A stretch of 64,000 bases of DNA from Acidobacteriota bacterium (GTDB taxonomy: Bacteria > Acidobacteriota > UBA6911 > JACQSX01), in NCBI GenBank assembly GCA_036507075.1, contig DASXQR010000073.1:13073-77072 (forward strand), in the 5' to 3' direction. Shown piece after piece: positions 23,826-33,237 of the stretch. How positions within the stretch are numbered: position 1 is the first letter of the stretch; each line of letters opens with the position of its first letter. The notes under the pieces were generated by a model. That model had not been told where the DNA came from, made no database searches, and worked only from the letters and a program-made list of their open reading frames with translations. The position numbers were made by a program, and so were the translations under genes.

Positions 23826-24332
23826 ATGAACCTGAAGCTGGAACCGCAACGGCCGCAGGAATCCGGAAGGAAAACAATACTGCTGGGCGCTGCCGTGGCA
23901 GCGGTCATTATTGCCGCAATAATCTTCGTCTGGATGAAATCGGCTACCAACCCAGGGCCGTCCACGGTGGAAGGCATGCTCCGTCCGGGCGACATCGAAT
24001 TCCAGCGCTACCGCGGCACCATCACAATCGAGCAACAGAAGGCTACCCTGTCGCGCAACTATATGAACACGCGAGTCATTTCGGTCAGCGGCGTAATCCA
24101 CAATGGCTCGGATCGCTGGGTAGATTCCGTCGAGGTTCAGGTGTCGCTGAAGGCAGGCGATCAGATAATCCTTCAGCAAAAGAGAATGGTGGTGGGCGGC
24201 GGAAACGGCAAGCCTCTTCCTCCGCGCTCGGACTACAGCTTCTCCATCTGGATCGAACAACTGCCGAAAGATTGGACCGGCGGCCCCGCTGAAGTCGAGA
24301 TCAGCGGCTTTAGATTTGCGCGTATTTCATAG
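23826..24332 (+). CDS. Membrane-anchored protein with a predicted beta-rich (Ig-like) domain
   Basis: Single N-terminal TM helix followed by beta-strand-rich domain (VSGVIHNGSDR..VEVQV). Confidence 0.65.
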   Translation: MNLKLEPQRPQESGRKTILLGAAVAAVIIAAIIFVWMKSATNPGPSTVEGMLRPGDIEFQRYRGTITIEQQKATLSRNYMNTRVISVSGVIHNGSDRWVDSVEVQVSLKAGDQIILQQKRMVVGGGNGKPLPPRSDYSFSIWIEQLPKDWTGGPAEVEISGFRFARIS

Positions 24333-24386
24333 ACGCCAAGCTGATGGGGCCGAACCGAAACTAAGATCGCTTTGGTTGCGGCTACC

Positions 24387-24462
24387 GTGCCTTTGTGTCT
24401 TTGTGTCTTTGTGCCTTTGTGGTTAAGGAAAATCGCACCACAAAGACACAAAGGGCACGAAG
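24387..24462. repeat. Inverted 8-mer element (CTTTGTGT)n...(CACAAAGA)n
   Basis: ctttgtgtctttgtgtctttgtgcctttgtgg ... ccacaaagacacaaag. Confidence 0.9.
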
Positions 24463-24470
24463 AATCCTAC

Positions 24471-26486
24471 ATGACCATAGTTCGCTGGGACAACCTGAAG
24501 AGAATACTGAAACCGCAGCGCCGCATCACGCGTCTGACGCTGCTCGGCTTGATCCTTTTTGCGATCGGCGAACTGGTGGAGCGCAGTGTTCCTGATTCGA
24601 TCTTCAGCATTCTGACAACAGTCGGGCTGGTGCTGCTGTTCATCGGCGGGATTTATTTCTTCTTTCGCTTTGTCGCCTGGCTGCAGCGCAGGCTGCTGTG
24701 GAAAGTAAGAAACAAAATCCTGGTTTCCTACGCCTTCATCGGCATTGTGCCGCTGGTCCTGATTTCGATCATGACCTGGCTGATGGCCAAGCTGGTGTTC
24801 GGTCAGTTGGGCGCCTTCTACGTCCGATCGGCAATCGAGGAGGTACTGAGCGAGCTGGATGAAATGAACACGGACCTGCATCTCCAGCAGGCGAGAACTC
24901 TGGCGAGCCCCGGGCCGGCTTCGGAAAACGATGCGATGCGGCTGGTCCCCGAACAAGCGCGCCGGGATTATCCCGATCTCCAGTTGAGAATTTACCGGGA
25001 ACGCAGCGGGTCCTACCAGGAGCTGCCTTCGGGCCGGCCGCTTCCCTCCTGGATAAAGCCGCCTAAATGGAAGGGCATCACGATCGAGCAGGGAGTGCTG
25101 AGTCTGCAGAGCATTAGATTCAGCCCGCCCGGTCAGGGCGACTATGCCACCGAAGTGTCACTGCCATTGAACAGAGGTCTGGTGGAAACGCTGAAGCAGA
25201 AAACCGGTGTTGAAATCTCGCAGTTTTCGCCTGCTGCGGGATCTGAAGAGCAGAAGTCGGCCTCCCCCAACAGGAGTGCCATTACCATCCGGATCGGGCC
25301 GAATGCTGACAAGGCGGATCCCAACTTCAAACCAAGTAGCCGCAGCGTGTGGGTTCTTGTGCTGCAGCCCCAGGAGAGATCCAACGGCGATGTTTCCCTT
25401 GCCGCATTCTCATTGCTTGCTCCCCTGTCGATCCGCGACATCTTTAATTACTATTTTCAAAACAGCCGTGAGGTCGCTAAGTTTTTGTACGTACTGCTCC
25501 TTTTGGTCGGCGGCGCGCTGCTTTTTGTGGAGCTCGTCTCGGTGGTCATCGGCCTTGTAATCGCGCGCTCGATAACCCGCTCGGTTCACCAGCTTTCCCT
25601 TGGCACAAGTAGCATCCTTGCGGGGAATTTCGACTATCGCGTGGCTGCCAGCGACCGGGACCAGCTCGGCCAACTGGCGCAGACCTTCAATCAGATGTCT
25701 TCACGCATCCAGCAGCTCCTGGTGGAATCCGCGGAGAAGCAAAGACTGGAGAAGGAAATTGAGATCGCGCGCGAAGTCCAGTCACAACTGTTCCCGCGCT
25801 ACGTTCCCAAATCGAGCCGGCTCGATCTGAGCGGGACCTGCCTTCCGGCCCAGGGAGTGAGCGGCGACTATTATGATTTTCTGAGCTACTCAAATTCGAT
25901 CGACCTGATCATTGGAGACATCAGCGGCAAGGGTATTTCGGCTGCTCTGCTGATGGCAAATCTCCAGTCCACGATCCGCAGTCATGCAGGTGTGACAGGC
26001 GCCACGACACCTGACGGGGTCGGCGGCATCGCTCGAATTGTGCACCTGATCAACCGGCAGCTTTATGACAACACTCTTCCGGAAAAATACGCCACTCTTT
26101 TTTATGGCCGCTACAGCATGGACGAATCCGCCTTGCTCTACTGCAATGCCGGACATAACCCACCGCTGTTGTTCTGCAACGGCTCGGTCTCGCGCCTGGA
26201 GGAGGGCGGTACCGTGGTGGGATTATTTGACAGTTCCGTGTACCGCGAGTCGAAGCTCATCTTAAAAAAGGGAAACCTTCTGGTGCTGTATACCGACGGT
26301 TTAACGGAGGCGCAAAATCCCGACGGGCAGGAGTTCGGAGAGCGCCGCCTGGTGGATCTGATCTCCGCGCATCTTTCCTTATCTGCCGCCAGGCTGCAGT
26401 ATCTGATCACTGATGAAATTCAGAAGTGGATGTCAGGCGGCGCGCAGAGTGACGACATCACACTGGTCGTGGCCCGCGTAAATTGA
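24471..26486 (+). CDS. Membrane sensor with HAMP and PP2C/SpoIIE phosphatase domains (RsbU-like)
   Basis: TM helices, HAMP DQLGQLAQTFNQM, VSGDYYD, IGDISGKG, CNAGHNPP, YTDGLTEA, DDIT; start set at ATG 24471 after the repeat. Confidence 0.9.
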   Translation: MTIVRWDNLKRILKPQRRITRLTLLGLILFAIGELVERSVPDSIFSILTTVGLVLLFIGGIYFFFRFVAWLQRRLLWKVRNKILVSYAFIGIVPLVLISIMTWLMAKLVFGQLGAFYVRSAIEEVLSELDEMNTDLHLQQARTLASPGPASENDAMRLVPEQARRDYPDLQLRIYRERSGSYQELPSGRPLPSWIKPPKWKGITIEQGVLSLQSIRFSPPGQGDYATEVSLPLNRGLVETLKQKTGVEISQFSPAAGSEEQKSASPNRSAITIRIGPNADKADPNFKPSSRSVWVLVLQPQERSNGDVSLAAFSLLAPLSIRDIFNYYFQNSREVAKFLYVLLLLVGGALLFVELVSVVIGLVIARSITRSVHQLSLGTSSILAGNFDYRVAASDRDQLGQLAQTFNQMSSRIQQLLVESAEKQRLEKEIEIAREVQSQLFPRYVPKSSRLDLSGTCLPAQGVSGDYYDFLSYSNSIDLIIGDISGKGISAALLMANLQSTIRSHAGVTGATTPDGVGGIARIVHLINRQLYDNTLPEKYATLFYGRYSMDESALLYCNAGHNPPLLFCNGSVSRLEEGGTVVGLFDSSVYRESKLILKKGNLLVLYTDGLTEAQNPDGQEFGERRLVDLISAHLSLSAARLQYLITDEIQKWMSGGAQSDDITLVVARVN

Positions 26487-26495
26487 TGTGTGCTC

Positions 26496-26611
26496 GTAGA
26501 GACGCGATAAATCGCGTCTGAGTGGGGCGCGATAAATCGCGCCCAGCGCCGCTTTGCGGCGCGGACGCGACATGTCGCGTCCAACTCAGACGCGGCATGC
26601 CGCGTCTCTAC
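26496..26611. repeat. GTAG-type REP cluster (four palindromes, BIME/REPIN-like)
   Basis: GTAGAGACGCGATAAATCGCGTCT ... AGACGCGGCATGCCGCGTCTCTAC. Confidence 0.85.
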
Positions 26612-26669
26612 GCAGGAAAATGTCCAAACTCCGGGCCAAACTTTGGCACGCAATCATTTGGAGGCGACA

Positions 26670-27539
26670 ATGAAAAGACGATCATTCCTTGAACTGGCGA
26701 CAGCGACGTCAGTTTCCGGTTTTGTCTCGAAGCGGGCGATGGCGCGCCCGCAGCCCAATCGTCTGGGTCTTTCAATCACATGGGGCATGTTCAGAAACAT
26801 GCCTGCACCTGAGGCGCTGTCCCATCTGGCGAGGCTTGAATACGACGCTTTTGAAATGTTCAACTGGCGAGATGCCGTGCTCCTGGACGCCATCGCCGGC
26901 GAGATGAAGAAGTACAAACTGGAGTGCGCGACGTTGACGGCCAACAGGGGCGTCAAGGCCCCTGGTTGCAGTCTGACCAATCCGCGCGAGCGTGAAGCGT
27001 TCCTGGAACAAGTCGGGCTGGCGGTCCAGGCTGCCAAAAAAGTCGATTGCAAACGATTTGTAATCCTCACGGGGGATGAAGTGCCCGGAATGACCCGGGC
27101 GGAAATGATGGACAGTTGCGTCGCGGGATTGAAGGCGGCGGCTCCAACGCTGGAAAAGAATGAGATTTCGGCCGACGTCGAGGTCTTGAACACTTATGTC
27201 AACCATCCGGGATATTTCCTGTACTACGTGCGCGACGGCGCCGAGATGATTGACCGCGTCGGCAGCCCCAATGTGAAGATCCTGTTTGATATCTACCATG
27301 TGCAGATCATGGAGGGAAATCTGATCCAGAACATCCGGACTCACATCAAGCGGATCGGCCATTTCCACATCGGCGACGTGCCCGGGCGCCACCAACCCGG
27401 AACGGGCGAGATCAATTATCGAAATGTGTTCAAAGCGATTTACGATCTGGGTTTCCAGGGAACGGCCGCTCTCGAATACAGTCCCACCATTCCCCTGCTC
27501 GAAGACATGGCCGCGATGCGAAAGCTGACGACGTTTTAA
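26670..27539 (+). CDS. Hydroxypyruvate isomerase-like TIM barrel with Tat-type signal
   Basis: KRRSFL twin-arginine motif, FDIYHVQIMEGNL, DVPGRHQPGTGEINY; GGAGG RBS before ATG 26670. Confidence 0.87.
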   Translation: MKRRSFLELATATSVSGFVSKRAMARPQPNRLGLSITWGMFRNMPAPEALSHLARLEYDAFEMFNWRDAVLLDAIAGEMKKYKLECATLTANRGVKAPGCSLTNPREREAFLEQVGLAVQAAKKVDCKRFVILTGDEVPGMTRAEMMDSCVAGLKAAAPTLEKNEISADVEVLNTYVNHPGYFLYYVRDGAEMIDRVGSPNVKILFDIYHVQIMEGNLIQNIRTHIKRIGHFHIGDVPGRHQPGTGEINYRNVFKAIYDLGFQGTAALEYSPTIPLLEDMAAMRKLTTF

Positions 27540-27581
27540 GAAGGTAGGCTGCACGATACAGAGAAGAACGTTAAGGCGAGA

Positions 27582-27619
27582 AAAAGCCGACCACATCTAC
27601 GTGCACGTGGTCGGCTTTT
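27582..27619. repeat. Hairpin AAAAGCCGACCAC...GTGGTCGGCTTTT; possible terminator and minimal relative of the 49713 element
   Basis: 13-bp perfect stem followed by a T-rich tail. Confidence 0.7.
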
Positions 27620-27775
27620 ATTTCTTCCGGCGGATGCGACTGACACAGGGCGCGCGCCGCTCCTTCCGGTCGCGGCTCTGTGGATCCCGGACACCACCGA
27701 AGCACTTCCTTCCCATGCTTAAATGACTTCAGAGATTGCCCCATCGGAATCTCGATCCACGAAAGGAGTGGTCTT

Positions 27776-28135
27776 ATGCGAAAAATCTGCTATCTCGTGC
27801 CGCTGGTCATCTTTGTTCTCAGCATGGTGTCGGGAGTCGCGGCCCAGCAAACCTGGGTCGGAAAAATCAGTGACAGCATGTGCGGCGCGAAACATATGTC
27901 GGGGGAACACGGAGCTAAGAAGATGAGTGATCGCGAATGCACGCTGGCATGTATAAAGAAAGGCGCCAAGTACGTGTTCGTGAAGGGTGGAAAGGTTTTC
28001 GACATTTCCAACCAGGATTTTGCAGGACTGGAAACGCATGCCGGCCACACGGTACGCCTCACCGGCGACCTGTCGTCCGATGGCAAGTCCGTCACGGTTG
28101 CCAAGATAACGATGCCGGGCAAAAAGAAGGCTTAA
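27776..28135 (+). CDS. Small secreted protein with Cys/His motif
   Basis: AAGGAG RBS, signal peptide, DSMCGAKH...CTLACIKKG motif. Confidence 0.75.
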   Translation: MRKICYLVPLVIFVLSMVSGVAAQQTWVGKISDSMCGAKHMSGEHGAKKMSDRECTLACIKKGAKYVFVKGGKVFDISNQDFAGLETHAGHTVRLTGDLSSDGKSVTVAKITMPGKKKA

Positions 28136-28140
28136 CCGAC

Positions 28141-28290
28141 GGTGGTCAGTTGTCCGTTGTCAGTTGTCCATTGTCAGTTGTCCATTAGTCGGTGGTTCTT
28201 GCATACTTGGTCTGGAAACTACAACTGACACAACAGACCACGGACTACTGACAACGGACCACGGACAACGGACAACTGACAACGGACCAA
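28141..28290. repeat. Inverted 7-mer arrays (GTC[AC]GTT)n-spacer-(AAC[TG]GAC)n
   Basis: Lies between convergent genes. Confidence 0.92.
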
Positions 28291-28301
28291 AAACACTTTT
28301 T

Positions 28302-30959
28302 TTACTGCACCCTTGAAGCCGGCACCGCTGCCAGGACGCTTCCCGAGTTCGTCCCAAACAGCACTACCGCAGAAACCGGCTGCGTCGATTTGACGCGGAT
28401 ATACCCTCCCGCCTGGTTTACCGCGCCCGGAACCAGATTTGAAATCAGATCCGTCAGTTTCGTGTTTGCCTGCAGCGTTCGATCCACGCTGCCCAGCAAC
28501 GCTCCCGCTGGATTTCTAACTTCGATGGTAACCTGCGTGGAGCCGGTACCCGGAAAGTACACAGACAGACCCGTGTAATAGGTCACCGTCGTGGCAAGCT
28601 GCTCGAAGACCAGGTCCTTGCCCAGGCCCGCCACTGATTCGAACGGGATTTCTGAAGCGAACTGGTTGTTGAATGTGTCCCCAAAGAGCAGGCTGGCAAA
28701 GATTGGATTGCCCGAGAGAGTCTTCAAAGTTACCGAACCGATCACAGCCGGCCCGCCGGGCACGATATTGAAGATCTCCGCCAGCCGCAGCTCAACAATC
28801 TGCTGGGCACTCAGAGGAAAGGGCGGTGAATTCAACAAGGCCCCCGAGGAGTTGCGTCCTTCAATTATCACCTGCTCGATCGAATTCCCCGGATTCACTA
28901 CGTAAGCTTTGGAGAAGAACACCAGCCCCGCATTTCCCACTGCGAAATGGGATGAAACGATGCTGCCCGAACCGGCGGAGAGATCCTGCGCGTTCAGACT
29001 TACCAGCGAGGTGGCCGAGCGCACCAGCTCCACCGCGTTCACCGGCAAGGTGCTCTTGAAGGTCACGTATCCGACGTCGCTGTTGATGCCGCTGAAGAGT
29101 TGCTGGGCGGTTTCGCGGAAGCTCGCCCTCGGCGCGACGACGCGAGTCACATTGGAGACTTTCTGGCCTGTAGCGCCGACGTATTCGAAAGTCAGCGTGA
29201 CGGCGACGTCATTGTTATTGGAGATATCGAATTCGGTTTCGAATGTGGCGTTTTGTCGGACATCGACAAAGATCCCGTTGGTGAGCGTCGTCCGCGGTAC
29301 GTCGGTTCCATCGAGGCGGTTCAGCGTGCTGTCTCCGCTCAGAAAGAAGGCATACACCTGGTCCTGATCGGATTGCAGCTCTACCCATCCGCTCTCCTGC
29401 CGCACGGCTTCGAAAATTTCCTGGCTCAGTCTTGCCAACTGGTTGTTGGGCGGGATGGAAAGCGAAGAGGGATTCCGGATTCCGGGAATGGAAATCAGCT
29501 TGCCGGTACTGTCGTAATAAAGGGCGCGAATTACAGCCGTGTTGGCTGAAAGGTTGGTAATTCCGATGCCGGTAAATTCAGAGCTGCTCTGCTGAACGGC
29601 TGGAAAGCGCAGCGCCCTCTGGGTAATGTTTTGTTCTGCAATCACAAGGCCGGCCGTGTAATACGACTTCTGGTCGCCCGAGACAACGCGCACCTGCCGC
29701 GGACCCGGCTGAGCGTCGGCCGCAATTTGCAGATCGACAAATGCCCCTACCTTGCCGCTGGTAAACCTGAGCTTCCCCCGGCCTTGAATGGTAACGCCGC
29801 TGCCCTCGATTTCCAGTTTTAAAGTTCCCGAGTCGATTGCCGCTTCGGTTATCCCGTCACCCAGGGCTACCAGAGTAAACGATTGGCCGGGACCTGCCTG
29901 GAGCGGGCCTCCGCCAATAAAGAAACTGCCGGCAGAATTCGTGGGCGGCAGGAAGTTTCTTCCCACCGAGGTGATGTTTACAGTGGCCGTGCCTGAGGGA
30001 ACGCTGATATCGGCATTCTGCACGGCTTGTCCTGCGGCTAGCGCCTGGCTGGCACCGGTGGAACTGATAAAGTCGACTTTCGAATTCGCAAAGAACGCAT
30101 TCACGTTCCCGCTGAATAGCGAGCTCAGGGTAACCGGGCCGTCGAAAGGCTCCGCATAGATAACGTAATTGCCCGGCGGGAGGCCGTCGATGGTGTAAGA
30201 ACCATCTTTCAAGCTGACGCCGCTCAAGTAAATATTTTTGGCCGCATCGTAGGCCACCACGTGCGCGCCGAACACCGCCGCGCCTCCGGACAGCACCTTC
30301 CCCGAGATGGATCCCAGCGGGCGGCTTGCGATCGGATAGGTCGCCGATGCAAAGGCTACATCGTCGGGATCCAGCGTGCGCTGGAAGAATTCAAGCTGGC
30401 CGGAGGACTGGTACATTGTGGCCGACAGGACTGCCGTGTGATCAGCGCCCAACGCGTGCCCCATTTCGTGGGTCGCCACAGACTGAATATCGTAGCCTTC
30501 CGTTCCCGGATTCACAAAAAACTTCGCGTTGGGATTGAAGACAATATCTTCATCTCGGATGGTTCCACTCGAGACGCCGAAAAGGATCAAGGTGATGGCC
30601 AACGTGTCGCTGCCGCTCGTGAATTGATTCCCATCGGAGAAGGTAATGATGTTTTGGTTGTCGTTCTTTGCGATACTTTCCGTAGTAGTGGTGAATGGAG
30701 CAAAAGACACCGCGGACGTGGCAATCTGATTCCATTCCTGGCGCGCGGCATTGAGCGCGTCTGTCGCACTGCCCCCGCCGACAATGTTTGGTGAGGTATT
30801 GATCTTGTCGTTCAGCACGAACAGAACGGTGGAGGACGCAGGCTTGACCGGCGTTCCACCGGGCCCGCCGCTGTTCGGAGGAGTGACAATGCGTGTATAA
30901 CCGAATGAGAGCGCGGGAAAAAACAAAAGCATCAGGACGGATCCCAATAGTTTCTTCAT
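28302..30959 (-). CDS. Secreted matrixin-like (metzincin) metalloprotease with carboxypeptidase-regulatory-like and further beta-sandwich domains
   Basis: Signal peptide, HEMGHALGADH (HEXXHXXGXXH), Met-turn ATMY, GSYTIDGLPPGNY. Confidence 0.85.
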   Translation of the reverse strand: MKKLLGSVLMLLFFPALSFGYTRIVTPPNSGGPGGTPVKPASSTVLFVLNDKINTSPNIVGGGSATDALNAARQEWNQIATSAVSFAPFTTTTESIAKNDNQNIITFSDGNQFTSGSDTLAITLILFGVSSGTIRDEDIVFNPNAKFFVNPGTEGYDIQSVATHEMGHALGADHTAVLSATMYQSSGQLEFFQRTLDPDDVAFASATYPIASRPLGSISGKVLSGGAAVFGAHVVAYDAAKNIYLSGVSLKDGSYTIDGLPPGNYVIYAEPFDGPVTLSSLFSGNVNAFFANSKVDFISSTGASQALAAGQAVQNADISVPSGTATVNITSVGRNFLPPTNSAGSFFIGGGPLQAGPGQSFTLVALGDGITEAAIDSGTLKLEIEGSGVTIQGRGKLRFTSGKVGAFVDLQIAADAQPGPRQVRVVSGDQKSYYTAGLVIAEQNITQRALRFPAVQQSSSEFTGIGITNLSANTAVIRALYYDSTGKLISIPGIRNPSSLSIPPNNQLARLSQEIFEAVRQESGWVELQSDQDQVYAFFLSGDSTLNRLDGTDVPRTTLTNGIFVDVRQNATFETEFDISNNNDVAVTLTFEYVGATGQKVSNVTRVVAPRASFRETAQQLFSGINSDVGYVTFKSTLPVNAVELVRSATSLVSLNAQDLSAGSGSIVSSHFAVGNAGLVFFSKAYVVNPGNSIEQVIIEGRNSSGALLNSPPFPLSAQQIVELRLAEIFNIVPGGPAVIGSVTLKTLSGNPIFASLLFGDTFNNQFASEIPFESVAGLGKDLVFEQLATTVTYYTGLSVYFPGTGSTQVTIEVRNPAGALLGSVDRTLQANTKLTDLISNLVPGAVNQAGGYIRVKSTQPVSAVVLFGTNSGSVLAAVPASRVQ

Positions 30960-31471
30960 CGCACCACTCCCCTGTCACGCGCCTGTAATGCGTGAATCTT
31001 GTCCACCAGCTTGCGCAGCGGAATTCTGCCGCTTTCGTCACCGAGTGAAACTGCAGGGACTGCGATCTTCTGCCCGTGATCGTCGACCACCGGAAATTTC
31101 CCCTGAATCAAACCGGATGTGCGCCACTTGTCTCCGACCTTCTTGAGAAACACAAGCGCTTCCTCGCCGCGGCGGAACTGTGCCGTGCCCGGAACCGCCA
31201 TTCCGGTGTCGCCCACCACGCCGCCCAGCTCGGTGATCACCACCGTTTGTCCGGGTTGGCCTTTAACGGCCTCCAGCACCTGAATGCGAGTATCCGTCAT
31301 CACCCAGCCGCGTTCGGGCATGATGTAGCTGCGCGAGTCCAGTACCTTCCCATGCACGATCAACTCGGACTCGCTGACCAGTTGATCCAGGTCCAGTTTT
31401 CGGATCGTGGTTGCCGACAGAACCGCCGAAAAAGCCGCCGCCAGCAAGAGTGAACCGATCAGTTGTTTCAT
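30956..31471 (-). CDS. Secreted protein co-encoded with the metalloprotease
   Basis: Signal peptide, LDQLVSESELIVHGKV..GGVVGD..F..GEE..VFL; ATGA overlap with the protease start. Confidence 0.75.
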   Translation of the reverse strand: MKQLIGSLLLAAAFSAVLSATTIRKLDLDQLVSESELIVHGKVLDSRSYIMPERGWVMTDTRIQVLEAVKGQPGQTVVITELGGVVGDTGMAVPGTAQFRRGEEALVFLKKVGDKWRTSGLIQGKFPVVDDHGQKIAVPAVSLGDESGRIPLRKLVDKIHALQARDRGVVR

Positions 31472-31518
31472 AAATTCCCCTTTGAGAGCCTTTTAGAAGA
31501 GTTTGATTCGAATAGAAT

Positions 31519-32454
31519 ATGCCTCTAAAGATGCCAAAACTTGCGAGAAGTCTCACCAAATCCAACAAAACCGTCGCTCCGCTGCTCTTCCTTTTCATTG
31601 ATGGCGTTGGGGTTGGACTTCCGGACCCGGCCAGGAACCCTCTTTTTGTGGCCGGCAGCAAATCACTCGGATACTACCAGAATATCAAACCGGAAGTTCC
31701 TCGCGGTGGAAAAATCATCCTCACGGACGCCACTCTGGGAATCGACGGCATTCCGCAAAGCGCGACGGGACAAACATCGCTTTTCACCGGCGTCAACGCG
31801 GCGGCTGTTTTGGGGAGGCACCTGAGTGGATTTCCGACGCCCCGTCTGAAGCTGGTGCTGAAGGATTCGATCTTCAGCAAGGCGAAAAACGCCGGTTTAG
31901 CCGTCAGTTTTGCAAACGCGTACCGGCCCGAATTCTTCAACCAGCCGACCGACAGAGTTTCCGCTACAACTTCCGCCTTCCAGCAGGCCGGCATACCGCT
32001 GCGCTCCTTTGAAGACCTGCGCCGGGGCAATGCCCTATCCCACGAATTTACGAGATCCTTCATCAATTCCAAGGGATATCCTTTTGACCTGATCGGTCCG
32101 GAAGAGGCTGCGGCCCACCTGTTGAAGATCTTTGGCGAATGCGATCTCCTTCTCTATGAGTTCTTTATGACCGACATGGTGGCCCATACTCAATCGATGC
32201 CCGAGGCCTTAAAGCTTCTGCAGACGCTGGAGACATTCCTGGTGGCGGTGATTAACGGCATCGATATCGAATCCGAATCACTTCTGATCACCAGTGACCA
32301 TGGCAACTTTGAGGATCTGTCCACACGCTCTCACACGCTCAATCCGGTGGCCACCCAGGTGTGGGGTCCGGCCAGAGATTTCTTCTGCGTTGACACGCTC
32401 GACTTGACCGGAATCGGACCGCGCGTGCTTCAATCTTTGGGAGTGCAGGGGTGA
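31519..32454 (+). CDS. Alkaline phosphatase / phosphoglycerate mutase superfamily metalloenzyme
   Basis: FIDGVG, PQSATGQT, TDMVAH, TSDHGN, HTLNPV metal-binding motifs. Confidence 0.8.
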   Translation: MPLKMPKLARSLTKSNKTVAPLLFLFIDGVGVGLPDPARNPLFVAGSKSLGYYQNIKPEVPRGGKIILTDATLGIDGIPQSATGQTSLFTGVNAAAVLGRHLSGFPTPRLKLVLKDSIFSKAKNAGLAVSFANAYRPEFFNQPTDRVSATTSAFQQAGIPLRSFEDLRRGNALSHEFTRSFINSKGYPFDLIGPEEAAAHLLKIFGECDLLLYEFFMTDMVAHTQSMPEALKLLQTLETFLVAVINGIDIESESLLITSDHGNFEDLSTRSHTLNPVATQVWGPARDFFCVDTLDLTGIGPRVLQSLGVQG

Positions 32455-33062
32455 AGGATCATCCGATAGTGTCCGGCTGCAAGGCCGGACTGCGGCTGCT
32501 CTTCCGTGTCTTTTTCCGGATTGGGTATCTGGGGCTGGAAAACATTCCCCCTGAGGGTCCGTGCCTGATCGTGCCGAATCATCAAAGCTATCTCGATCCC
32601 CTTTTTGTGGGAGCCGCGCTGCCGCGATCGAACCGTTACATGGCAATGCAGACTCTCTTTCGCAGCCGCCCGCTCGCGGCGTTTCTGAGATTTTTCGGCG
32701 CCTTCCCGGTCGCCACCGGCAGCGCCGACAAGTCCGCAATCCGCGATTCCATCCGCTTCCTGCGCCAGGGAGAGCTGGTGATTATTTTTCCCGAGGGCGG
32801 GCGCAGCCGGGACGGAAATCTGAAAGAGTTTTTTCAGGGATTCGCCCGGATTGCGCTCCGCGAAAAAATTCCCATCGTGCCGGTAACCATCTCGGGCGCG
32901 CACAAAGTGTGGCCTCCCGGAAAACTGGTCCCTCGTCCCGGAAGAATCCGGGTCACTTTTCACCCGCCTCTTCATCCTCGGGAATCGGCTGGGCGTGAGG
33001 AGCCGGCAATGCAGGTCGTTCAGACCGTAAGAGACAGGATTGCATCGGGATTTCAGGGGTGA
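32451..33062 (+). CDS. plsC: 1-acyl-sn-glycerol-3-phosphate acyltransferase (PlsC family)
   Basis: NHQSYLD and FPEGGRS motifs. Confidence 0.85.
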   Translation: MKDHPIVSGCKAGLRLLFRVFFRIGYLGLENIPPEGPCLIVPNHQSYLDPLFVGAALPRSNRYMAMQTLFRSRPLAAFLRFFGAFPVATGSADKSAIRDSIRFLRQGELVIIFPEGGRSRDGNLKEFFQGFARIALREKIPIVPVTISGAHKVWPPGKLVPRPGRIRVTFHPPLHPRESAGREEPAMQVVQTVRDRIASGFQG

Positions 33063-33070
33063 GGGTTGAT

Positions 33071-33216
33071 GCTTTTTTGCCACAAAGCCACGAAGACACG
33101 AAGATCTAAACTGACCCAGAAGTGTCACTTCTCGGAACCTTACAAGGATTTCGAGAAGTTTCCTCTTCGGGATAAATATGAGAGCCTCGTGTCTTCGTGT
33201 CTTCGTGGCAAAAAGC
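33071..33216. repeat. Inverted 8-mer element GCTTTTTTGCCAC..(CACGAAGA)n...(CTTCGTGT)n..GTGGCAAAAAGC
   Basis: Direct inspection. Confidence 0.88.
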
Positions 33217-33237
33217 GCGCCAAGGCCGGGTACAGGA

